A DNA stretch of 62,862 nucleotides, the filler included, from Trichosphaerium sp. ATCC 40318 (lineage: Eukaryota; Protista; Tubulinea), in the NCBI GenBank assembly GCA_038496445.1. It is 4 parts of 4 records of this genome, joined end to end, with 100 filler letters (N's around TTAATTAATTAA, not from the genome) between each part and the next. Parts side by side here need not be neighbours in the genome. Positions count along the whole stretch, not along the records: positions 42,749 to 54,831 come from JALMLS010000054.1; positions 54,932 to 62,862 come from JALMLS010000624.1; 2 more parts are not named here. One strand, written 5' to 3'. Under the pieces are notes generated by a model. The model saw nothing but the letters and a program-made list of their open reading frames with translations, was not told the DNA's origin and made no database searches. A program made the position numbers and the translations under genes. Of the stretch, positions 51,064 through 62,862 are shown piece after piece. The stretch's first letter is position 1, and every line of letters begins with the position of its first letter.

Positions 51064-52098
51064 ATGAGGGTCTGGATGCTGATACATCACTTTGTGGCTA
51101 TTTTTATTGTAGCTATCGTTGTAACGCGCACAAATGGCGTAAAGATAGATCACGGCACTTTGAGTGTTAGTACATTTCACATGGACGCACTATTGGCACG
51201 CCTGCAATACCTGAAGCACCGTGTGGTAGCGTTAGAGCGCACTGTACGTATTGCGTATAATTCGTTGCGTAACTGCTCGTACAGATAGCCGACCTTGTGA
51301 CACGTCACAACAACAAACCAGATAACGTGATTGCAATATCAACCACAGTATTACAGAAATCAAAGATTGCAGATGAAATACAGGAGGTACATTTTCTCAT
51401 GTTTTTTTTTTTTGAACCGCTCAGGCGTCAAGAGTTAACACGTCATTACCTAGGTTTCTGTTGAACTGTTGACACTCATCGACGATAGAAAAATGAAGAT
51501 GAAGACGTATATAGATCTGACGACGGGTACGGTGTACATGTTGTAGTCTTACTTTTATTCACTTATTGTCAAACTTGTGGATCATCTGACACGCTGGTTA
51601 GGTATTCAAAAAATGGTTTCTCAAGCACAACAGTACCGCACATCAAGCACAGCGCCTGCTTTCGTGCAAAGCATTACAAGAGTGTTTGACGCAATGTCCC
51701 TGACGTATGGTAACAAAATGCCAATCGCCTCGACTTTGCCATTTTTTAAGACGACTGCAACCGCCACTGGCACATCCAACACTGATGAGGTACGCACCAT
51801 ACTCTAGATAACCCGCATCACGTATTCCAAACGTTTGAATGAACATATTGTAGCCACCTGTTCAAGACGCACAAGAATTAATGGAGGAAATGAAGGCGAT
51901 GATACGAGAGATGTTAGGTGCAGATGTGCAAGTACAGACATATACAATCAGCCTGAACGACCTTGGTAACACGACAAATCTGCTGCCCCACATCAAACAC
52001 CTTCTTAATGGTCAAGGTGAACAAAACTACACATTATGCATATACATGCATCTAACGCACATTTAGAGGAGGACAGTGAGTCAAAGGATAGTGAATAA
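51064..52098 (+). CDS. Putative secreted or membrane-anchored protein of unknown function
   Basis: Signal-peptide-like MRVWMLIHHFVAIFIVAIVV; spliced exons ending EEDSESKDSE*. Confidence 0.55.
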
Positions 52099-52177
52099 CA
52101 AAGTAGGTTTGATTTTTTTTAATGTAATAAAGCTTGTATTGTACAAATTCTGATTTTTTTCTTTTTTCTGAAAAGGC

Positions 52178-54228
52178 TCACATCCCCAGCGCACGCTTGC
52201 ATATATCATCCTCGCGAAAAGCGAAAAGAAGCTCGGATATATCTAGGCCAATAGCAATAGATCGATAGTATCCCTGTTGCCATTGTTATTGGAAATGGTT
52301 TAAATGTTAATAGTGACTTACCTTGCTCGCTGCGCCTACATGCAGTATCTGTGTTGCGCCCAGTTGTGTGCAGATACGGCTTAATATAGATGCACACTTG
52401 ACAGGAGGAACGTTTACCTTGTTTGCTAATGCTGTGTAGCAATCCACAACCTGTTTTGATGTTAATCGCGTGATTTCGAAAACTACTAAATAATGTACTG
52501 ACTGACCTTGCCGAACAATACCGACCCGTTTTGTGGATTTATGCGATGCTCACTTATCACAGCGCACACAAATAACCGGGAATGCAGAGTATCATTACAG
52601 AGAGACACGATAATTGGATTCTACAGTTGAAGTGAGGGAGTGACTGCGGCCCGTGTAAATTTGTTTGTTTGTGTACCTCATAAATCTCATCGATAACACG
52701 TGTCACGTGCTCCACTTTAACGTGTGGTCTATTGTCCTGGTCTATACTATCCATATCATGCGCTATTATCGTAGCACGCCTTTTTTTTTGGGTTAGTGAA
52801 CAAAAGAGCAAAGGGATATGTGGCGAGGAACCACAGCGTACCGCATTATGTTTAGAACGCGCCTTGTATCGCTTGTAACGCTCGCTACTTTCTTGGCCGC
52901 TACGCGTATAGCACTTGCGTCAAAGCAAGGCAAGTACTCTTCTATACGATTTTGTATGATCTGTATGAGCTGTGCACTGTTGTACGGTTTGAAATCTAAC
53001 CGCAGAAGACCTAGAGAGCTTGCACATCAATTCCTAACATCCAGATGCTACCAGATAAGCGTACCCAATCTAGAATGAACCTTTGGCAACATTCGTTGCG
53101 GAAGATCTAGCGTGTTCGCAATGCCAATCATAATTAACTTGGAGTCCTTCTCTTTTTCGCAGAGAAAGCAGTGGGTTAGCCATTTGTCAAACAGAGTTGT
53201 GATGGATGATAAAGTTTGCGTACTTCGAGGCCAGTCAAAAAAATTGTACAGAATTTCCTGCTTCTTTGTTACAAGCAAATCGATTTCATCCAGTAATAAT
53301 ATACTTTAGACGCATGGTTAGGATTGGCGTTCACAAAAAGCTCAATTACGCACCAAAACTTCTGCTGTGTGTTTGACCTGCTATACTTGCGATCGAGGTA
53401 ATCCTTTGCTTTCGTTTGTGCAATGCGCTTGCCTGTCAGGCTGTTGCAAAATTTGGAGTAAATAGCCTTGGGTGAAGGAAGCTTCATGCAATTTATTTCA
53501 ATGTACTCAAAAGGTATCTAAACAATCCCTCCTGAGTTAGTACATTGCTAATCGCCATAAAGACTATGAGGCAAGAAGCTAGCTAAAGTTGATGCCATAC
53601 CTTGGACGTTTTTTTCAACTTTTCTATGACAGATCTTGCTGTAATAGTTTTGCCAATACCTGGCACGCCTGCTATATCTGCAACGAAAAAAAATTCAGTT
53701 TTGTTGGGCAGAGAGCATCTCATAACGTACATATGGCGGCGCCAAGTCCATCCCTCATGTGCGTCGATAACATATCACGCAGTTTGCTCGCTTCGTCTTG
53801 CCTACAAGGCAGTTCCTACAACAGAACGAGGTTAACCAAATGATGATCTAGACACTGTGCTGGCTATACTTTAGGGAGTGACGACTGGTGCAACAGCTTT
53901 AATATCTTCTTGTAGTCGGTGTATGCAGCACTGCGTCGCCGAGTAGGACGCCCACTTTTAACCTCGGTGTTATCACGTGCGCTTTCAATAGTGTACGATA
54001 GGTCCATAGGATCTCCGGTGGAATGCCATCCCAGTTCGTCGTTCTCATCATCGAAATACTGGACTAGAAGAAAACGTGTTTGTGTCAATCATTCAGTAAC
54101 ACCTTTTCGACCGTACCATCGCACTCTGAATCTGAAGAGGGACCGATTTCATCTTCACTGGTAGCGATTTCACAGCCAGAAGAAGATGAGCTGAAATAGG
54201 CATTTACAACACAGTCTTCATCCTCCAT
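52178..54228 (-). CDS. ORC1: Origin recognition complex subunit 1 (ORC1/CDC6 family AAA+)
   Basis: [74 protein letters not shown]. Confidence 0.9.
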
Positions 54229-54362
54229 AGCTGAATACGTAAGCAAAAACGCCACAATCAACCGAATAAGCAACTTCTGTTGTAGAATTAGTAGTGATAG
54301 TAATTTACCGACGTATGAGATCTAACAACTGAAATTTAGACATACCCAACCTGTTGTAGCTG

Positions 54363-54380
54363 TTGGCGCGGTTTTTTGAA
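54363..54380. promoter_or_regulatory. Candidate E2F/CHR (DREAM) element upstream of ORC1
   Basis: TTGGCGCG-N4-TTTGAA. Confidence 0.5.
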
Positions 54381-54495
54381 ATATTTGTGTTTAAGTCACC
54401 TGTCAACAATTTCACTTCCATACAACAGTCATGACGCTGCGAGGGTTTTGGGTTTTTGACGCAGCTGGCAACGACGTTATTTTCTCGCGGTACGT

Positions 54496-54831
54496 TAAAT
54501 TTGTTTGTTTGTGTACCTCATAAATCTCATCGATAACACGTGTCACGTGCTCCACTTTAAGTGTGGTCTATTGTCCTGGTCTATACTATCCATATCATGC
54601 GCTATTATCGTAGCACGCCTTTTTTTTTGGGTTAGTGAACAAAAGAGCAAAGGGATATGTGGCGAGGAACCACAGCGTACCGCATTATGTTTAGAACGCG
54701 CCTTGTATCGCTTGTAACGCTCGCTACTTTCTTGGCCGCTACGCGTATAGCACTTGCGTCAAAGCAAGGCAAGTACTCTTCTATACGATTTTGTATGATC
54801 TGTATGAGCTGTGCACTGTTGTACGGTTTGA
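54496..54831. repeat. Near-identical duplicate of ORC1 internal segment (~52656-52992) at contig end
   Basis: Same sequence including the intron, with two 1-nt indels. Confidence 0.9.
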
Positions 54832-54931
54832 NNNNNNNNNNNNNNNNNNNNNNNNNNNNNNNNNNNNNNNNNNNNTTAATTAATTAANNNNNNNNNNNNN
54901 NNNNNNNNNNNNNNNNNNNNNNNNNNNNNNN
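54832..54931. other. Artificial contig linker
   Basis: N44-TTAATTAATTAA-N44. Confidence 0.97.
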
Positions 54932-57010
54932 TTTCTAGTATTTGGTGATATCTCGGGGATAGACTGTTGATTATTTCAGTGGTTATTTTGTCTTCGCCTG
55001 GTTGCTTGCCCTTTTTAGTATCTTCTACTGCTTTGATGTACTCTTCGTGTGTGATGCTTTGCGTGTTAAGTTTGTTTGTGATGTTTGGTTTGGTTTTTAG
55101 CCACTTGGGAGTTGTATTTGGGTTTGGAGAGCATTTTTGTAGGATTTCTTTCCACGTGTTTACAAAGATGTTCATTATCTCTTTTGGGTTTACGGTGTAT
55201 TCTTCTGTGATTGGATCTTGTAGTAGGTTGGTGTTCGATCTGTGTTTCCTTTGTAGTAGTTTGTCGAAGAAGGCTTTAGGGTCATTGTGGTATTTGTTAA
55301 TGAGGTTTGAGACTCGTTTCTGTATTAGTTCCTTTTCTAGTGTTTCCGTTCTTTGGTTGACTAGTTTTGTGAGACGATTTTTTGCCCATTTGAGGTTTTT
55401 TGTGATTCTATGTATATTGGTTGCGTAGTTAGGTAGCGGTGGCGGTTCAGTTTGGATGTTTTCAGGGCTGAAACTCAACAAGGCATTTTTGGACAATGCC
55501 TAGGCATTTTCATCAAATAATGCCTTATTTTTTACAAAAATGCCTAGTTTTTGCCTCATTCAAAAAGGCAAATACAGGGCAATGCCTTATTTTTTGCTCC
55601 AAAAATGCCTTATATTTGATGAAAAATGCTTGCATCTGGTACACAAGATTGCAATGGTTTTGCCTGCATATTTTTAGGAATTATGCCCTTCAAATTAGGG
55701 CATAACTCATGCATCAATGCCTTATTTTGAAGGCAAAAAGTAAGCATTATCATAGTCTACAGTGCCTAATAAACCAGGGCATTTTCAGGTAATAACACAA
55801 CTATTTATTTTATAATACAGTACACATACAATACACAAAACTCCTAAGTCCACATTTGAAAAAACCTTAAAGAAAATATGAGATGGTGTAGAAAAAAAAA
55901 AAAAAAAAACTTACCTTGTAGTGTTAGAATTCCGCGGTCCTGGAAATATCGCGGAGTTCACTCCTACTACTGTTGTAGGTGAAATAGAGTGCTGCGGTTC
56001 GTTTGGCGGTGGTTTCGTCTAATTTCATAAATTACTAAGAGCGCTAGGTGCATATCTATATAAAACGTCAGTAGGTGATGTGAAAAAAAAAGTGTAAAAG
56101 TTGTTTGACTGTTACTTACCTTAAACCACTTCCTTAATGTGATCAGTCCTATGATATAGTATAGGCAATGCCTTATATATGAATTAAAATACAAGGCATA
56201 TATTGCTTAAAAAAATAAGGTATAATAAAGGCATAAAGTACTTGCAATACAGGGCATTACTTGATTTTATGCAATGCCAAAAAATGCAATACAAGGCATT
56301 ACCTGATTTCATGCAATGCCAAAAGATGCCCAAAAATGCCTGGTATTAATGCCTTTTTGATGAAGGCATTGCCTTTTTGTAAAAATGCCTTATTTTATTG
56401 GGCATTGCCAAATGCAAATGCCTTGATTTTGCCATCTAATGCCAAATGTTAGGAATATGCATCATTTTTTAAGGCAATGCCTAGCTGAGTTTCAGCCCTG
56501 TTTGGAGATAATGGCAAGGGCTTTTGCTAGGGCTACCTCAGCTTTATTTAGCATTTTTGGTGTGAGTTTTTGATCATGTATGTCAATTTTCCTTATGTTT
56601 CTGAGGGTGAGGGATTTCGCTGCTTTGAGTTGTCTTAGTTTCTTGTCAGAGTATGTTTTCTTTCTATTCTTCTCGATTGTGCCAAGTTCTGATTCGCATT
56701 TTTCGTAAATGTGTTTATTTATGAGTTTTACAAGGAGTGAGGCAGATGTATTGCCTTCTTGAGTTAGTTTTTGGAATTCTTTTTCGATTTGGGGCGTTGT
56801 GTCTATGTTGGCGATGAAGTTTGATTGGTTTTCGTCTTTTGAGTCGTATTTGATCGAGGGTTTCATCTGTGGGAGTGTTATTACTTCTTTATCGGTGTTT
56901 AAGTTTGCAAATTTGTACGTGATTTTGACAGGGCGGTGGTCACTGTCTATCGCTGTATTGTGTATTATTCGGTTGTCAAGTACTAGGATAACTGAGCAAG
57001 TGTCTTATGA
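54932..57010 (-). mobile_element. 5'-truncated non-LTR retrotransposon ORF2 (APE end to RT start), split by a MITE
   Basis: IDSDHRPV, NDPKAFF, KQPGEDKITTEII; K/T/N-rich like 58905-60994. Confidence 0.8.
55463..56500. mobile_element. MITE with 15-bp TIR and AATGCC/GGCATT arrays
   Basis: CAGGGCTGAAACTCA ... TGAGTTTCAGCCCTG; interrupts the LINE ORF. Confidence 0.85.
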
Positions 57011-57014
57011 ACTA

Positions 57015-58575
57015 TTACATACCTGTTTTTGCTGGGGTCTTTTTAATAGTTGTAGCCTTTACTGGTTTCTGAGAAATTTGCTTCTTTGTTTTTTGTGTTC
57101 TTGCAGCGATTTTACGTCTCTTCTCAGCTGTTGTCAACGGTGATACATTTTTGAAGTCATACACAAATACAGCGTCATTATCGTTAACACATGCGAGATA
57201 AGAATCGTTAGTAGCCAAGAAGACAGTGGAAGATCGTGAGCGTGTTGGTATGGTGTACAAAGTCTTTGATGATTCAAGAGAATAAACTAAAACATCTTGT
57301 GAGTTTCACGCTTTGTGTGTTGGACTAAGTCTATTAAACCTAGTTTATACGCACCAGAAGTACCACCAGATTCTAGACCACATATGGCAAGTAACTCATC
57401 GGCATTAACAAGAGATATAAATTCAGATTCAGGTAAGTTTCGGAATTCTTTTGTAATCTTGGCTTTGCCATTAGAATAAAGGAACGTCTTTACAACGCCA
57501 TCGAAGTTTACAGTGGCAAAGGAAATGTCTCCATCATCCACTTTCTAAGAAGAAAGACGCCTTAGTGTTTGATATACGAAATAAAGCGTACCAGAAGAAC
57601 GAGGTTATCCATGCGGCAATCTTCTTCTGTGTCCTCAATGTCACAGATGATGTCCTTAGATTTCAAATTCCTTTCCATTTATTAGATTACTGTTCGCCTG
57701 ATTTTTGAACAAAGCACTAATGCTGTATGTACCAAAATTGAATGAATCCTTCATTATAGCATGCAATCAATACATTTCCAACAGCGAGTAAATGCATCTC
57801 ATCAGTTTCATCTCCAGCAAGTTTTCTCTCGCACGTCTTGTCTAGTTTATAGTAGTTAGGATCAACAGTACTAGGAACATAAACTAGTTAACGTACTACG
57901 TAGAGAGAAGATATTTATATGTCCATCAGCACTCGAACCTTAGATTTTCAATGAAAATAGTTTCACAGAAGTAAAACTTGTCGTGTCACTCAAAAAAAAA
58001 CCATGTTCATTTTGACACGTCACGTTTTCATACCACTTGCTAAATATTCATCATTGGTTGCTATTGTATTTATTGGAAAGTCATGAGCACTCGCAAAAGT
58101 GTGAAGCGATGCTGCCTTCTCAGTTGAAACGTCAACAATTCTGTAACGGATTTTTAGATTTTTGGGTTGTATTTGATGTTAAACGCAGCTAGCTCCTTTT
58201 ACCTCATGTTTGATGCGTCATCACCTAACTGCTGTTACATGGTGACGTGTCATTAATAGACATACCTGTGTATAGCTTGTTATCTGCTACATGAAGTGCT
58301 CCGATAGGAGATTGATGGAGGTGAACAGTCTCTGTTTAAATATGCCCTTAGTAGTTGTTTTATGCACTATACGGTACTTACCTGACTCGCTGGTTGTCAA
58401 ATCGTGAATTAATAGCTTACCGCTAACAAACCCTACGTATAATTTACCTAATGCTATTAGCGACGTCTGTGGTACCTATGGTTCGCGTACCGGAAGCCAA
58501 TTTGACGGTTGTAACTTCTTCTGAACATTGCTGTTGAAAACCATTCTTGTAGTTACCAAACGTCCAATTATCCAT
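57015..58575 (-). CDS. WD40-repeat protein, multi-exon
   Basis: LYVGFVSGKLLIHD, AHDFPINTI, SSADGHINI, TVNFDGVVKTF. Confidence 0.7.
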
Positions 58576-58678
58576 CTTAGACCACTACTACGCAGATTTG
58601 TTTACGAAATTTGATGAGTGTCAACTAATAGTGCACGTTAAGATTGAAACAAAACTACGCTTGTGACGCTAACCTGAT

Positions 58679-60994
58679 CTTTACTTTACTTTACTTTTAT
58701 TCCGGTCAAGTTTCTTATTGACGGTTCTTTACAAGTATGTTTTACAACGTATTTGTCTTCCCATCATCTTCCCCTTGTCGCCAGGGCCCCTATTCGGGGA
58801 CTCACATAAAGTTAGCCCATGAAAGATCATCGACCAAGGTAAACCAGACTGTGTAGAATACCTGCCCAGCTCGGACCGCGCACTAGCTTCGTATGGTTGC
58901 GTCGCTAGTCTGTGTTAGTGTTAGTAAGGGTTTTATATTTTTCATGGAAGAGGCTGTTTCTTTTATCGTAGATGCGCTTGTGTCCGTTGACTATAAGGAG
59001 TTGTAGTTGTTTGAGTTTGTCTTTGGTGTATTTTTGGTCATATCCTGCGTATGTGCATGCGTTTATGGTAACGTTTGCTATGTACGCTCCTGTGTATGTT
59101 TCTTTAGAATATTTGGTTTTCTTTGCTTTTTTGTTTTTTCTTGTTTTGGTTTTACGTAGGTTCTTCTTGATGAATTTATTGATCTCTTTTGCGTTTTCTG
59201 TTCTGATGTCATTGGTGGCTTTGCAGTGGTTTATTATGTGGTTGGTATCTTCTTTAGGGTGTCCGCAGAGTATGCAGCTAGGTTCTTTGTATTTCTCGTT
59301 GAATTCTGCCGTGTTGTGTGGGCCTGTGGCTTTGTTTAGTGCGTATCTCCCACTAAGGTTATTATTTCTTAGTTTGAATTGGAAGCACGCGACTGTGTCC
59401 ATAAGTGGAATCTTATCGTATACTATTTGGTTGGATATCTTGTGGCTAATTTGGTTTAGGTAGGGGTATTTCCGTTCCATGTCTCTTTCGTGTTCACAAT
59501 TGGTGGCTTCTTTGATGTATTTCCTGACATTCCCTTCGATGATTTTGTTTTCGTGGTTGTATAGCGTGTATTTAAAAGCTACTCTTCTTTTCGGCATGTT
59601 TGGTTTGTTTAGTAACGTTCCCTCTTTGGCTAAGGTATCTGCCTCCTCGTTACCATCCAGAATCCACTCTATGTTTTTCCCGAACTGTTTTTCGAGGTTT
59701 TTGAGTTCTTTGTTGAGTAATTTGAGTTTTTTCGGTTTGTTTGCGTATTTAGCTTGTTTTTCTTTGACATGGCTAGGTACTTTCCACAGTTTAGTGTATG
59801 CCTTATTTTTGTTTCTTTGGGCTATTGTTTGGGTTATTTCTATGATGAGTGATGCGTTGTATGCGTTTATTCTTTGTGAGTGTTTCCATTTATTCCAGTT
59901 TTCTATAGCCGTGATGACATATTTGGAGTCGGTGAAGAGGTTGATGTTAGAGGTTGTGTGTGTGTTTTTGAGTGCCCATAGTACTGCCTCCAATTCGGCA
60001 GCATCTACAGTGTTACCTGAGATGCATGGGCATGCAGCATTGGATGGGGAGTTCTTCTCGAAGTATACTCCGAATCCTGCTGTGTCATTGTTCTCCATTT
60101 TGGAGCCATCTGTCCATACATTCAGTGTTTTCTTCGGTTCTATGGGTGGTTCCCATTCTGCGTATAGCTCGTAGTCTTTGAAGAGTTTTGTTTTGAGATG
60201 TGGTTTGATATCTCCGCCTTCGTTGGATAGGAGCGTTTGGAGTTGGTTAACATATGTAGGTATGATGTGTTGTACCAGCTTTGAGCTGGGTCTGATTTTG
60301 TTTTGTGTTACTATGTCTGACCATTTTGTTTTATTGCTCATGCCCAGTCGTGTTAGTAGTTTGTTTCCCTTTCTGGTGACATTGTTTAGCACTGTTCTGT
60401 CTTCAGCGTTAGTTGATACGCAATTTATTTTTAGTTCTTGTAGTGTTTTGGTATAGGTGGTTATTCTGTCATCTTCGGGTTCTCTGACAGCTAGTAGTGG
60501 TATAGACGTGAGGCCTTCAGTGTACTTTCCTCTACCCATTTTGTTTAGATATGTGTTGTCTTCAAGTCTTTGATTTGTGGTTATGGCAGCGAGGCTTGCT
60601 GTGGGTGCGTTGATAGCGAAGATGTGTGTGGTGGCTATAAAGCTTGTGCGGTTGGTGGTTTTTGGGGGGATGATGCCGAGTCCTCCTTTATCTGTACGTA
60701 ACCATAACTGCGCTTGTTTCGTGTAGTAGGTGGTGGGTATTGAGTAGAGGATTGCTTTGGCTAGCCTGTTTCTTAGTAGGTATGTCTGTTTTGTTGGTAT
60801 GATATAGAAGTTGCAGTGGAATTGGTACGCTGGGTTTATTATGTTGTTCACTATGTCGATACGGGCTTGTAGGGGCATGCGTTTGTTTCTGATGATGCTC
60901 AGTCCTCTGTCGAAGTTTTTGATCGCCACGTTTTGGTCTCTGGTCCAGTCTAGTTGTGTATTTATGTGTATTCCCAAGTATCTGTACGTTTTCT
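58679..60994 (-). mobile_element. Non-LTR retrotransposon 3' portion: RT thumb, RNase H, CCHC zinc finger, 3'UTR with (TAAAG)n tail
   Basis: YRYLGI, WTDGS, AELEA, TDSKY, KVPSH, GNEEAD, CILC...EDTNHIINHC; tail aaagtaaagtaaagtaaag. Confidence 0.9.
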
Positions 60995-62862
60995 CAGGTC
61001 TGAAAATTATCATGGTATAATACCATATTTTATGGTATAATCACCTTTTATGGTACAAGCTCAGTATAATCCATAATTATACCATATAATTATACCATAA
61101 AATATGGTATAATACCATGTTTTTTGGACAAATGGTATAACAGCCATTATACCATGTTTATACCATATCTCAATTTATAGAATATAATTATACCATAAAA
61201 CATGGTACTATACCATGGTATTATACTGCATTTTAAAGTATATTATACCACGCATTATACCATATAATTATACCATAAAACACAGTATTATACCATGGTA
61301 TTATACTGTATTTTACAGTATTGTATACTGTGCATTATACCATATAATTATACCATAAAATGTGGTATTATACCGTGGTATTATACTGTATAAGTATAAG
61401 TTAGTCAAAGCTCACTTGGTCTGCACTTGATTTAATAGCATATGGACCTACACAAATGCCATACCACACAATGCTTTGACAGTAGCTGTTATTGAACATA
61501 ATTGGCATATAAATGTGTGAAAAACAGTTTTAAGAGAGAAATCTGGTAACGCGCCCCAATTACGGGCGTTTTAGGGATAAATTGGCCAACTTTCTCCGAT
61601 TAATGGTATTTGAGGAAGAAACCACTCCGCGTACCCCATGTTAGAACGCTACAGTGGTATACACACCAAAAACGCGTTTAGCGCTCGAAAAATGCCCATT
61701 TGCAAAAAACCTCCAATTGGAGGTTTTTTTCTCCGGCTCTCATTTTTTTCTCCCCTCCATACGCATTTTTACACTCAATCAACGCCATACAGCCTCATTT
61801 ACCAAATCAAGAGCAAAATTATTTATTTTTTTTTGACATTCTTGATATATGTCCCAATGTGTGTTAAACCACGCGATTAGTGATATAAGGCAAAGTTGTT
61901 TCAGAGCCTACCCATTTTTTGAGTTTTTTGGTTTTTTTTGGATTTTTTTTGATTTTTTTGGTTTTTTTCCTACCAAACGCCCGCATTTGCCGGAACAGAT
62001 AGCATTTAGGCTCTGCACCCATGCGTTGACCTTACGAGTGATATTGTAAACTAATTGGCTAAGCCAGGGCATAAAACTAAGTTTTGACCAGTTTATTGCC
62101 CACACAACACAAGGTACGCTAGAAAGTAGTTGTTTTAAAGCTGTTTGCCATAGGTTTTACAGGCTTAATAGGTGATATAAAAAAAACAAAACGTGTTAGC
62201 CGCCCAACCAGGTACTATTCCGCTAGAACTCGTTTCCGATGAGGTTGGTAGCTATTTTCATTTCTTTGTTTTAGTCTTGGTTTGGCTTCACCGTGCAGGT
62301 CATTTGTTACTCTCAGCACTGCCATAAAACAACAATTTTTGTACGACTATTTATTTTGTGTACAAGAAACCAAGCCGGCGCTAACTCTTCTTTTAGGTTT
62401 CATGCTATATCCATTCAATGCACTTACAGCAAGTACGATCTGTTCTTTTAAGGTTATTTGATCACTGCAAAAAAGGACATGGGCAAAACTAAAAGTCACG
62501 GATGTAAACAAAAAAAAGATGTATTAATAAATGTGTTTTTATTTTTAGAACAGTTTTTACACAGTATATACACCTGGTTTTGTGGTATAATCTACCAAGT
62601 TTTAAGGTATAATATACCAGGCTTTATGGTATTATACTGTGTTTTATACCATGTTTTATGGTAGAATTATACCATATAATGCATTTTTTCAGGTGAAAAA
62701 ATATGGTATAAATTCGCACTTTCTACTGTATATTTATGGTATAATTTGGCTGTTTCATGGTATAAATCCTTTGATTTATGGTATATTATACTGGAATTTG
62801 TGGTATAAAATTGGAATCAATGGTATAATTATACCACAAATTCATGGTATCTACCATAAAAA
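60995..62862. mobile_element. TIR-type element with ATACCAT/ATGGTAT arrays interrupting the LINE, with an internal unrelated insertion (~61400-62500); right end outside window
   Basis: Starts CAGGTCTGAAAATT where LINE homology stops; motif arrays at 61010-61390 and 62560-62862. Confidence 0.7.

Noticed and set aside
54496-54831. Second ORC1 gene
   Set aside because: Near-identical internal fragment at a contig end; most likely assembly or amplification chimera
58972-61020. Long plus-strand hydrophobic ORFs (e.g. 59479-60174; similarly 54967-55428, 29546-30025 and minus-strand 39455-40075)
   Set aside because: Antisense shadows of K/T/E-rich real coding strands
1-62862. tRNA, rRNA or snRNA genes
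   Set aside because: No recognisable cloverleaf or conserved rRNA/snRNA motifs seen by eye; a covariance-model scan would be needed to exclude them

Overview
AT-rich, gene-dense eukaryotic (protist, amoebozoan-like) genomic DNA with many very short spliceosomal introns (typically ~35-60 nt, GTACG/GTAAG donors, several GC donors). Four contigs are joined by artificial 100-nt linkers (N44-TTAATTAATTAA-N44), so adjacency across linkers is unproven. Host genes include DCC1, a WD40+PP2C-like phosphatase, an alpha/beta hydrolase, a P4-ATPase flippase, a very divergent tail-less beta-tubulin, a FYVE protein, TBCCD1, a Rab GTPase, NOL11, an F-box/TMEM185 fusion, ORC1 and a WD40 protein. Accessory content: three MORN-variant repeat genes (two intronless with F-box-like N-termini), a candidate HEPN ribonuclease close to a Swiss-Army-Knife-type HAD gene, and an ~8 kb Mutator (MULE)-like region whose intron-rich transposase splices in frame to a C-terminal Tudor-like domain, next to two orphan genes and a ~175-bp tandem array. 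There is also a nested transposon cluster (MITE > L1-like LINE > self-insertion + MITE), RNase H-bearing LINE copies, and a very clear CpG->TpG/CpA decay footprint in an old MITE copy. All exon structures and domain calls are by eye; no database searches were run.
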